Shown in pieces: positions 36,898 through 45,353 of a stretch of DNA of 64,000 nucleotides. Position 1 is the first letter of the stretch. Each line of letters starts with the position of its first letter. The translations under genes were made by a program, and so were the position numbers. Below the pieces are notes generated by a model. That model was not told the origin of the DNA and ran no database searches. It was given only the letters and a program-made list of their open reading frames with translations. Source of the stretch: Elusimicrobiota bacterium (lineage in GTDB: Bacteria > Elusimicrobiota > Elusimicrobia > UBA1565 > UBA9628); contig JACQPJ010000059.1 of NCBI GenBank assembly GCA_016207605.1, forward strand, positions 1,238-65,237, written 5' to 3'.

Positions 36898-38648
36898 ACT
36901 GCATGCAAAACGCCATCGTCCTGGCCATCCTCGCCGTCCCAGCCGGCGCGGCCGTCAAGAATCCCGACACCTACACCTACCTGACCATCGGCGACGTGGA
37001 CAACCTCGACCCGGCCTGGGCCTACGACACGTCCAGCCAGCATGTCATCCAGAACGTCTACGAGCACCTCCTCTCCTTTCCGGGGACGGGCCTGCGCGCC
37101 GAGGACCTCGCGCCACGGATCGCAACCCGGGTTCCCAGCCGCGCCAACGGCCTGATCTCCGCCGACGGACTGACCTACCGCTTCCCCATCCGGCAGGGCG
37201 TGAAGTTCCACGACGGCTCGGCGCTGACGCCGCAGGACGTGCGCTACTCGCTCCTGCGCTTCATGCTCCTCGATCGCGCCGGCGGCCCGTCGTCGCTGCT
37301 CCTGGAGCCGATCCTGGGCGCCGTCTCCACTCGCCGGAACGGCGCGCTCTCCCCCGACATCGCGGCACAGGCTTTCGCCGCCGTGACCGTCGAAGGGGGC
37401 ACGGTCGTCGTGCGGCTGGATCGCCCGTTCACGCCTTTCCTGTCCGTACTGGCAAGCTTCGGCGCGGTGATGTCCCAATCCTGGTGCACGGCCAACGGAC
37501 AGTGGGACGGCCGCCCTGAAACCGCGGCCCGCTTCAACGACCCGCGCCGCGAGGGCACTTTAGGCGCGCGCATGAACGGCACCGGCCCTTTCCGGCTCGA
37601 CCGCCTGGACCCCGTCCTCAAGCAGATCACGCTGAAACGCCACGACGCATACTGGCGCGGGCCCGCGCGGCTCAAAACCATCCTCGTCAAAACCGTGGAT
37701 GAGTTCGCCACCCGCAAGCTCATGCTCGAGGCTGGGGACGCGGACTCGATTTACGAGCGGCAGAGCAACTTCTCCCAGCTCCAGGGACTGCCGGAGGTGC
37801 GGATCATCGACGACTTGCACGGGTTGGAGCGCATGGAGGTGCTGTTCTTCACCTTCAAGATCAACCCCTCCGCCAACGGCAACATTGGCTCCGGCCGATT
37901 GGACGGCCACGGCATCCCGCCGGATTTCTTCTCCGACAGGGACGCGCGCGAGGCGTTCGCCGCCTCCATCGACTACGAGGGCTTCTCGCGCGACGTCGGC
38001 CGCGGCCGGACCAGCCAGTCGGCCGGCTTCCTCCCGCCGGGGCTGACGGGCTACGATCCGGCGCGGTGCCCGCGGCACCGCTTCGACCTGGCTGAGGCCA
38101 AGACGCGCTTACAAAAGGCCTGGGGCGGCAAGGTGTGGGACAAGGGTTTTCACGCCGCGCTCGTCTTCAACGCGGGCTCGATCGAAGCCCAAGCTCTCTG
38201 CCAGATGCTCAAGAAGAACATCGAGTCGCTCAACCCCAAGTTCCGCCTGGACGTGCGCATGCTGCAGTGGTCGAGCTATGTGGAACAGTCGCGCCAGCGC
38301 AAGCTCCCCATCTTCCTCGGGGCCTGGCAGGCCGATTATCCCGACGCGCACAACTTCGCCTTTCCGTTCCTGCATTCCGCCGGCTACTTCCCGACCAAAC
38401 AGGGCTTCTCCGACCCGGCCGCGGACCGGCTCATCGAGGAGGCCGTCGCGACGCTCGATGAGACCCGGCGCGCCGCGCTCTACGGCCGACTGGAAGACCT
38501 CGCCGCCGAGCAGACGCCCTTCGTCCCCGTCTTCGACGGCACGCGCTACCGCGCCCAGCGCTCCTGGGTGAAGGGTTTCGTTTTCAAGCCCACCTTCCCG
38601 GCGATGCCCTACGCCAGCGACTATTACGACCTATACAAAGCCGAGTAA
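36894..38648 (+). CDS. oppA: peptide ABC transporter substrate-binding protein (family 5), paralog 2
   Basis: NLDPAWAYD, VKFHDG, NGTGPF, WQADYPD. Confidence 0.9.
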   Translation: MNCMQNAIVLAILAVPAGAAVKNPDTYTYLTIGDVDNLDPAWAYDTSSQHVIQNVYEHLLSFPGTGLRAEDLAPRIATRVPSRANGLISADGLTYRFPIRQGVKFHDGSALTPQDVRYSLLRFMLLDRAGGPSSLLLEPILGAVSTRRNGALSPDIAAQAFAAVTVEGGTVVVRLDRPFTPFLSVLASFGAVMSQSWCTANGQWDGRPETAARFNDPRREGTLGARMNGTGPFRLDRLDPVLKQITLKRHDAYWRGPARLKTILVKTVDEFATRKLMLEAGDADSIYERQSNFSQLQGLPEVRIIDDLHGLERMEVLFFTFKINPSANGNIGSGRLDGHGIPPDFFSDRDAREAFAASIDYEGFSRDVGRGRTSQSAGFLPPGLTGYDPARCPRHRFDLAEAKTRLQKAWGGKVWDKGFHAALVFNAGSIEAQALCQMLKKNIESLNPKFRLDVRMLQWSSYVEQSRQRKLPIFLGAWQADYPDAHNFAFPFLHSAGYFPTKQGFSDPAADRLIEEAVATLDETRRAALYGRLEDLAAEQTPFVPVFDGTRYRAQRSWVKGFVFKPTFPAMPYASDYYDLYKAE

Positions 38649-38667
38649 ACTCGGCTAGAATGGGGCC

Positions 38668-40431
38668 ATGAAACGACGATCGCTCCTCCCTGTTGTCGTC
38701 CTAAGCCTATCCTTGGGAGTTGGCGGCGCGGCGGCCGAGACCGTCAAACACCCCGACACCTACACCTACCTAACCATCTCCGACGCCGACAGCCTGGACC
38801 CGGCCTGGTCCTACGACGTGGGCAGTCATCTCGTCGTCCTCAACATCTACGAGCCCCTGTTCCAGTTCGACGGCTCCTCGACCGAACGCCTGCTCCCGCT
38901 CAGCGCGGCCAAGGTCCCCTCGCGCGCCAACGGCCTGATCTCCGCCGACGGGCTCGTCTACACCATCCCCATCCGCCAGGGCGTCAAGTTCCACGACGGC
39001 GCGCCCATGACCGCCGAGGACGCGCGCTATTCCATCCTCCGCTTCATGCTCCAGGATCGGGCCGCCGGCCCCTCGTCTTTGCTCCTGGAGCCCCTGCTTG
39101 GCTATGCGGGCACGCGCGGACCGGATGGCAAGACTCTCCCCAACGTCTGGGAGGACGCCAATCGCGCCGTGACGATCTCGGGCGACAACTTGGTCCTGCG
39201 CCTGCCCAAGCCCTACGCGCCGCTGGTGGGCATACTCGCCTCCTGGGCGCCCGTCCTGTCCAAGGACTGGGCAACCAAGAACGGCGACTGGGACGGAACC
39301 GAGGCGACGTGGGCCAAATACAACAACCCGCAAAAATCCGCCTCGCCCTTCTTCGAGCGCGCCAACGGCACCGGCCCCTTCAAGCTGGAGCGCTGGGACC
39401 GCAAGACCAAGGAGTTCATCCTGACGCGCAACGACGGCTACTGGCGCGCGCCCGCCCAGCTCAAGACCGTGGTGATCAAGGCCGTCGACGAGTTCGGCAC
39501 GCGCAAGCTCATGCTTCAGGCCGGCGACGCCGACAACATCCGCGCCGATTTGCCCATGCTGTCCCAGCTTCAGAACCTGCCGGGCGTGCAGATCGTCGAC
39601 AACCTACCCACGATGAACATGGACCCGACCGTGTTCTTCACCTACAAGATCACCGCGGCGGGAAACTCCTTCCTCGGCTCCGGCCGCTTGGACGGAAGCG
39701 GCATTCCGCCGGACTTCTTCTCCGACGCGGACGTGCGCAAGGGCTTCGCCTACGCCATGGACTACCAGGGCTTCATCGCCGACGTCCAGCGCGGCAAGAG
39801 CACCCAGGCCACGGGCGCCATCCCCAAAAGCCTGCCCGGCCACAACCCCAAGGGACGCCAATACCGCCTGGACTTGGCCAAAGCGAAAGAACACTTCCGG
39901 AAAGCCTGGGGAGGCAAGGTCTGGGAGCAAGGCTTCAAGTTCACGATCGCCTACAACACGGGGAATATCCCGCGTCAGACCCTTTGTCAAATCCTCAAGG
40001 GCAACGTGGAGCGCCTCAACCCCAAGTTCCGGATCGACGTGCGCGCCGTGGACTGGCCGACCTTCCTGGACGCCTACAAGGCCTCCAAACTGCCCATCTT
40101 CGTGATGGGCTGGAACGCGGATTTCCCGGATCCGCACACCTTCGCCTTTCCCATGCTGCACTCACAGGGTGACTACCCGGCCACGCAAAAATTCGGCCGG
40201 CCGGACTTCGACCAGCTCATCGAGCAGGCCAAGTTCGAGTTGGATCCGGCCAAGCGCAAGGCCCTGTACTACAAGCTTCAGGACCTGGCTTTCGATGAGT
40301 GTCCCCAGCTCTACATCAACGACGACGTGCGCTATCGGGCCCAGCGCAGTTGGGTGAAAGGCTGGACCCCCAATCCGGTCTTTCCGGACCCTCCGTGGGG
40401 CAGCTACTACTACCCCATCTCCAAGCGATAG
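38668..40431 (+). CDS. oppA: peptide ABC transporter substrate-binding protein (family 5), paralog 3
   Basis: SLDPAWSYD, VKFHDG, NGTGPFKL, WNADFPD; own TAGAAT box 6 nt before ATG. Confidence 0.92.
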   Translation: MKRRSLLPVVVLSLSLGVGGAAAETVKHPDTYTYLTISDADSLDPAWSYDVGSHLVVLNIYEPLFQFDGSSTERLLPLSAAKVPSRANGLISADGLVYTIPIRQGVKFHDGAPMTAEDARYSILRFMLQDRAAGPSSLLLEPLLGYAGTRGPDGKTLPNVWEDANRAVTISGDNLVLRLPKPYAPLVGILASWAPVLSKDWATKNGDWDGTEATWAKYNNPQKSASPFFERANGTGPFKLERWDRKTKEFILTRNDGYWRAPAQLKTVVIKAVDEFGTRKLMLQAGDADNIRADLPMLSQLQNLPGVQIVDNLPTMNMDPTVFFTYKITAAGNSFLGSGRLDGSGIPPDFFSDADVRKGFAYAMDYQGFIADVQRGKSTQATGAIPKSLPGHNPKGRQYRLDLAKAKEHFRKAWGGKVWEQGFKFTIAYNTGNIPRQTLCQILKGNVERLNPKFRIDVRAVDWPTFLDAYKASKLPIFVMGWNADFPDPHTFAFPMLHSQGDYPATQKFGRPDFDQLIEQAKFELDPAKRKALYYKLQDLAFDECPQLYINDDVRYRAQRSWVKGWTPNPVFPDPPWGSYYYPISKR

Positions 40432-40432
40432 C

Positions 40433-41461
40433 GTGCTGAAATACGTCCTCAAGCGCCTGGCCTTCCTGCCGCTGGTGATGGCGGGGGTCACGCTCCTGCT
40501 GTTCGCCTGCCTGCAGTTCCTCTCGCCGGAGATGCGCGCCTCGCTCTACGTCCGGGACCCGCGCCAGCTCAACCAGATGGAGGCGATCATCGAGAAGTAC
40601 GGCCTGCGCAAGCCCATGCCCGTGCAGTACGGGCGCTGGCTCAAGCAGGTGGCGCGCGGCGACCTGGGCTACTCGGAGACGGCCAAGATGCCCGTGTCCG
40701 AGGCCATCGGCGCCTTCTTCCCCGCGACCTTCGAGCTGACGCTCGTGACCTTCTTCCCGATCCTGGCCGTGGGCGTGGCGCTGGGCGTGCTCTCGGCCGT
40801 GTACAAGGACCGCTTCCTGGACCACGCCTCGCGCTTCATCGCGGTCACGGGCTACTCCCTGCCCAGCTTCGTGCTCGGCCTGGCCCTGCTCATGGTCTTC
40901 TACGGCCGCCTGCACTGGTTCCCGCCGGGGCGCTACGGCCTGGAGACCGACCTTCTCGTGCACGGCGCAGGCTTCCGGCATTGGACCGGCCTGCTCACCC
41001 TGGACTGCCTGCTCAACGGGCGCTGGTCCGCTTTCGCGGACGTCGTCAAGCACTTGGTCCTGCCGGCCTGCACTCTGCTCTACATCTCGGTCGCCCTGCT
41101 CCTGCGCATCACCCGCTCCTCGATGCTCGAGGAGCTCTCCAAGGACTACGTGCGCACGGCCCGCGCCAAGGGCCTGCCCGAGCGCGCCGTCATCTTGAAG
41201 CACGCCCTGCGCAACGCCCTCATCCCCCTGGTCACGCTCTCCAGCCGGCTCTCCATCGGCCTGCTCGGCGGCGACGTCATCACCGAGACCATCTTCGACT
41301 TCCCCGGCATCGGCCGCTGGGGCGTGCAGGCCGCCCAGCAGCTCGACATCCCCGGCGTGCTGGGCTCGACTTTGCTCGCCGCCGGCCTCTTCGTGCTGGC
41401 GAACCTGGTCGCCGACCTGCTCTACGCGGTCGTGGACCCGCGCATCCGCGTGGGGAGCTGA
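40433..41461 (+). CDS. oppB: oligopeptide ABC transporter permease
   Basis: YVLKRL, GDLGYS, PATFEL, EELSKDYVRTARAKGL, HALRNA. Confidence 0.95.
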   Translation: MLKYVLKRLAFLPLVMAGVTLLLFACLQFLSPEMRASLYVRDPRQLNQMEAIIEKYGLRKPMPVQYGRWLKQVARGDLGYSETAKMPVSEAIGAFFPATFELTLVTFFPILAVGVALGVLSAVYKDRFLDHASRFIAVTGYSLPSFVLGLALLMVFYGRLHWFPPGRYGLETDLLVHGAGFRHWTGLLTLDCLLNGRWSAFADVVKHLVLPACTLLYISVALLLRITRSSMLEELSKDYVRTARAKGLPERAVILKHALRNALIPLVTLSSRLSIGLLGGDVITETIFDFPGIGRWGVQAAQQLDIPGVLGSTLLAAGLFVLANLVADLLYAVVDPRIRVGS

Positions 41462-41465
41462 TCCG

Positions 41466-42347
41466 GTGGAGCGCTTGAAGGGAATCTGGAAGGTCCTGAG
41501 GCGCAGGCCCATGTCCCTGCTCGGCTGCGCCCTGGTCGGCTTCTTCCTCCTCGTCGCCGTCGCCGCGCCCCGGCTGGCGCCGCCGCCGGCGGGCAGCCGC
41601 GACCCCTACCTCATGCCGCAGAGCGGCTACAGCCCCGATCCCGTGCTCCCGTCCCAGGAGCACCGGTTCGGGACCACCGAGCAGCAGTACGACCTCTACT
41701 ACGGCATGGTCTGGGGCGCGCGCACCGCCTTCAAGGTCGCGCTCTCGGTCGTGGGCTCCGCGGCGCTGGTGGGCATCCTCCTGGGCGGCGTGGCCGGCTA
41801 CCGCGGGGGCTGGACCGACGAGCTGGTCATGCGCCTGACCGACGTGATCCTGGCCTTCCCCGACATCGTGCTGGCCGTCGTGATCGTGGCGGTCTGGGGC
41901 CCCAGCCTCCTGCACGTCATGGGGGCCGTGGCCTTCACGGCCTGGCCCTCCTACGCCCGCCTCATGCGCGGCGACGTGCTCTCGGTCAAGGAGCGCGACT
42001 TCGTGACCGCGGCGCGCGCGCTGGGCGCCTCGGACGCGCGCATCCTCCTGCGCCACATCATCCCCAACGCCATCTACCCCGTGCTGATCGTGGCTTCGCT
42101 GTCGATGGGCCGGACCGTGATCACGGCCGCGGCGCTCTCTTTCCTCGGTCTGGGCGAGCCCGCGGGCTACGCCGACTGGGGCCAGCTCATCTCGCTCTCG
42201 CGCAACTGGATCATGGGCTCCGCGGGCGACCCCTTCGCCTACTGGCACACCGTCTTCATCCCCGGAGCGGCCATCTTTCTTTTCGTGCTGGGCTGGAACC
42301 TGCTCGGCGACGCCGCCCGCGACATCCTGGATCCGCGGCAGAAATAA
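41466..42347 (+). CDS. oppC: oligopeptide ABC transporter permease
   Basis: HRFGT, RLTDVILAFP, KERDFVTAARALGA, LSFLGLG, WNLLGDAARDILDP. Confidence 0.95.
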   Translation: MERLKGIWKVLRRRPMSLLGCALVGFFLLVAVAAPRLAPPPAGSRDPYLMPQSGYSPDPVLPSQEHRFGTTEQQYDLYYGMVWGARTAFKVALSVVGSAALVGILLGGVAGYRGGWTDELVMRLTDVILAFPDIVLAVVIVAVWGPSLLHVMGAVAFTAWPSYARLMRGDVLSVKERDFVTAARALGASDARILLRHIIPNAIYPVLIVASLSMGRTVITAAALSFLGLGEPAGYADWGQLISLSRNWIMGSAGDPFAYWHTVFIPGAAIFLFVLGWNLLGDAARDILDPRQK

Positions 42348-42438
42348 ATATCTCGGCGCTTTCCCGTACGACCGCGCGTATGCGTCTCTTGCGTGAATAA
42401 TGCTTTACATTTGAGAGCGGATATGCCATCCTCCGACC

Positions 42439-43824
42439 ATGGACGCTCCGCTCTCCGTCCTGGTCGTTGAAGACGACGCGCTGGCGCGCAAGGTCCTAGC
42501 GGCGCACCTGGCCCCGCACCGGGCGGACCCCGCGCCCGACGCCGAGACGGCCCGCCGCAAGCTCGCCTCGGGCCGCTACGACATCGCCTTCATCGACCTT
42601 CAGCTCGACGCAAGCGGCGGCTACGCCGGCCTGGAGCTCATCAAGCCCGCCTCCGCCAAGGGCATCTACACCGTGGTCATGTCCGGCCACGACTCCGAGA
42701 AGTGCGTCGAGCGCGCCTACGAGCTCGGCTGCGACGACTTCTACGCCAAGGGCAACGAGCAGGACAACGTCGGCCGGGTGCTGGCGCGCTTCCTGGAGAG
42801 CCGCGACGGCGCCCGCAGGGAGCGTTTGTTCACCGAGCGCTTCGTCACCGGGGACGCCGACACCCGCGCCGCCGTCCTGGCCGCGCTGGAGTACGCCCCC
42901 TCCGAGCTGCCCATCCTCCTCCTGGGCCCCTCGGGCACCGGCAAGACCAGCCTGGCCCGCGTCATCCACGACCACTCCGGCCGCAAGGGGGGGTTCGTCG
43001 CCATCAACTGCTCGGCCTACACCGAGGACCTATTAGAAGCGGAGCTCTTCGGCTACCGCAAGGGTGCTTTCACCGGCGCCGGCGAGAGCCGCAAGGGCAA
43101 GCTGCTTCTGGCCGACCAGGGGACCCTGTTCCTAGACGAGATCGGCGCCATGAGCCTCAAGATGCAGACCAAGCTGCTCAAGGCCATTGAGGAGCGCTCC
43201 TTCTACCCGCTGGGCTGCGACCGGCCCGAGACCTCGCAGTTCCGCCTCGTCAGCGCGACCCTTGAGGACCTGCACGGCCTGATCAAGGGAGGCAGGCTGC
43301 GCTTCGACTTCTTCCAGCGCATCCACGGCTTCACCCTCAAGCTCAAGCCCCTGGCCCAGCGGCCCTGCGACATCCTCCCTCTCGTCGCCTTCTTCACCAA
43401 GGGGGCGCGGCGGCTGTCGTTCTCGGCCGAGGCCAAGGCCAGGCTGCTGGCCTGCCCCTGGCCGGGCAACATCCGCGAGCTCAAGAAGTTCGTGGACCTC
43501 TTGGAGGCCGGCCACGAGGGCCGCGTGGGCCCCGAAGCCGTCGAGCGGCTCCTGGCGGCCCTGCGCGTGGAGCAGGGCCCCGAGGGCTTTGCGAGCGACG
43601 AGCAGTACCGCTTCGCCCTGAGCCGGGGCCTCAACGAGGCGGTCGACCGCTTCATCGACGTCCTCATCCAGCGGAGTCTATCCGACAACGGGGGCAAGAA
43701 GACCAAGGTCCTCGACGACATGAAGATCTGCACCCGGCTGCTCTACACGTCCCTGGCCCGCAGCGGACGTCCGCCCCAGCCCAAAGAGGCCAAGGATGAG
43801 CGCGAGCTCGAAGAAGTCGCTTGA
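42439..43824 (+). CDS. sigma54-dependent response regulator (NtrC family)
   Basis: REC (VLVVEDD, FIDLQL), AAA+ (GPSGTGKT, GAFTGA, LFLDEIG, WPGNIREL), C-terminal Fis-like HTH. Confidence 0.95.
   Translation: MDAPLSVLVVEDDALARKVLAAHLAPHRADPAPDAETARRKLASGRYDIAFIDLQLDASGGYAGLELIKPASAKGIYTVVMSGHDSEKCVERAYELGCDDFYAKGNEQDNVGRVLARFLESRDGARRERLFTERFVTGDADTRAAVLAALEYAPSELPILLLGPSGTGKTSLARVIHDHSGRKGGFVAINCSAYTEDLLEAELFGYRKGAFTGAGESRKGKLLLADQGTLFLDEIGAMSLKMQTKLLKAIEERSFYPLGCDRPETSQFRLVSATLEDLHGLIKGGRLRFDFFQRIHGFTLKLKPLAQRPCDILPLVAFFTKGARRLSFSAEAKARLLACPWPGNIRELKKFVDLLEAGHEGRVGPEAVERLLAALRVEQGPEGFASDEQYRFALSRGLNEAVDRFIDVLIQRSLSDNGGKKTKVLDDMKICTRLLYTSLARSGRPPQPKEAKDERELEEVA
43724..43809 (+). repeat. 86-bp direct repeat, copy 1 (3' end of the NtrC gene)
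   Basis: Matches 49414-49499 with one mismatch. Confidence 0.95.
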
Positions 43825-44011
43825 GAGCCTGATCCACGACGTCGGCTCGAAGTGCGCTTCCCTCAAGAGCGCCGCCGCTCTGTTGAAATCCGCCTCACCG
43901 CAGGAAACCAAGGAATTGTTGGCGTTGATGGCCCAGCAGGCTAAAAGCCTTGCCGAGACGATTCAGAACTTTAGGATGCAATCAGAACATGAGCGGCGGG
44001 CTTTTCACTAA
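43796..44011 (+). CDS. small protein with a histidine-kinase H-box-like (DHp) motif
   Basis: 71 aa; LIHDVGSKCASLKSAAALL resembles HisKA H-box helices; overlaps NtrC 3' end. Confidence 0.6.
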   Translation: MSASSKKSLESLIHDVGSKCASLKSAAALLKSASPQETKELLALMAQQAKSLAETIQNFRMQSEHERRAFH

Positions 44012-45095
44012 TCATATGGGCACAAACTGGTTGCAGGACTCCATCATTGGCGGCCTTCTCAAATTCACGGGCAGCCAGAAATTTCTGACGGCACAACTTA
44101 ACATAACAAACGCCTGCAATCTAAGTTGCGTCCACTGCTATCACGCACACCATTCCAACGCAGGTGCTTTAGATTTCCAAGGATGGCGAAGCATTCTTGA
44201 TCAGTATGAACGACTTGCAAAGAAGCTCTACTTAAAGCCCTTTTTTGTTATTTGTGGAGGGGAACCAACTATCAGCTCCCTGTTCATACCCATGCTCAAG
44301 GAATTAAACTCAAGATGGCCTGGTGTGAGGGTAGACGTTCTTACTAATGGGACACGACTTGCTAGAGGATTTACGGAGTCCCTTAGACAGTTCAATCTAG
44401 GCATTCAGATTTCTCTGGACGGTCCTGATAGAGAAAGACATGATCTTATTCGCGGGCATGGAAGCTTCGATCAGACTCTCAGCGGGCTCAACAATCTGCA
44501 AGAGGCGGGATTAAACGCATGGTTTCTTGCAACGTTATCCCATCGGACTTCATTGTGGATCGAAGACTTCTTTAAGATGGCAGCAATATCCGAAGTAGAG
44601 GGAATGAATTTTACGCGATTTATTCCTGAGGGAACTGGACGCCTGCTAGAAGAAAGTCATGCGGATCGACCGCTCTCAGGAGTTGATCTGCGGGATACTT
44701 ATGCAGCTATTCTTAAATCTTCCAAGGGAACGGGGGTCGCTACCAATACAAATGGCCCATTGTTTCACCTCATTGATTCCAATCTTGGAGCCAATGGTAA
44801 AGCTGGATTCCAAGGGTTGATTATTGACTATAAGGGAAACTTAAAGTTTTCAAGTCGTGTCGATTTCAAGCTCGGCAATATCTTGGAGGAAGGTTTAGAG
44901 AATTTATTTCTTGGCCATCCTCTCATGCGGGCTCTGCGGAACAGAGAGATTGAGGGATGCGGCACGTGTGTTCACTACGAACATTGCGGAGGCGACAGAA
45001 ATGCCTCTTTTGTCGCTACTGGAAGCTTTCTTAAGAAGGACCCTGGTTGTTGGTTGGACACCGCGCCTCAGGAGGTTGTATGCCGAAAAAAATGA
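43989..45095 (+). CDS. radical SAM protein with SPASM-type C-terminal domain
   Basis: CNLSCVHC (Cx3Cx2C), CGGEP, VLTNG, ISLDG, C-terminal CGTCVHYEHCGGDRNA...DPGCW; start uncertain (43950/43989/44015). Confidence 0.93.
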   Translation: MSGGLFTNHMGTNWLQDSIIGGLLKFTGSQKFLTAQLNITNACNLSCVHCYHAHHSNAGALDFQGWRSILDQYERLAKKLYLKPFFVICGGEPTISSLFIPMLKELNSRWPGVRVDVLTNGTRLARGFTESLRQFNLGIQISLDGPDRERHDLIRGHGSFDQTLSGLNNLQEAGLNAWFLATLSHRTSLWIEDFFKMAAISEVEGMNFTRFIPEGTGRLLEESHADRPLSGVDLRDTYAAILKSSKGTGVATNTNGPLFHLIDSNLGANGKAGFQGLIIDYKGNLKFSSRVDFKLGNILEEGLENLFLGHPLMRALRNREIEGCGTCVHYEHCGGDRNASFVATGSFLKKDPGCWLDTAPQEVVCRKK

Positions 45096-45238
45096 AACGT
45101 TGCGGATTGTTGCTGTTGGCGATGATGCCGATTGCATCAGTTGCGTTTGCGGCCAAGGCAGCGCTTAGTATCGCGCAGCTTGGAAAAAAAGGCGTCACGG
45201 ACATTGAATTATATTCATGTTCGTACGACAGTAAATAA
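45080..45238 (+). CDS. 52-aa secreted peptide (candidate precursor/signal)
   Basis: AGGAGG at 45070-45075; MPKKMKRCGLLLLAMMPIASVAFA|AKAALSIAQLGKKGVTDIELYSCSYDSK; overlaps rSAM stop. Confidence 0.65.
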   Translation: MPKKMKRCGLLLLAMMPIASVAFAAKAALSIAQLGKKGVTDIELYSCSYDSK

Positions 45239-45353
45239 AACAATCGGGCGTTTTGTTTGCGAAGGAGCCCCTCCGCCGTCATTTCTGCTCATATTACGGC
45301 GGAGGGGCCTCTTAGACTATAGGGCTTCGTGTTGAATGTAGGATTGGAATTTA

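Noticed and set aside
45132-45335. Alternative small ORF overlapping the 52-aa peptide
   Set aside because: No ribosome-binding site or signal features; the 45080 frame has both
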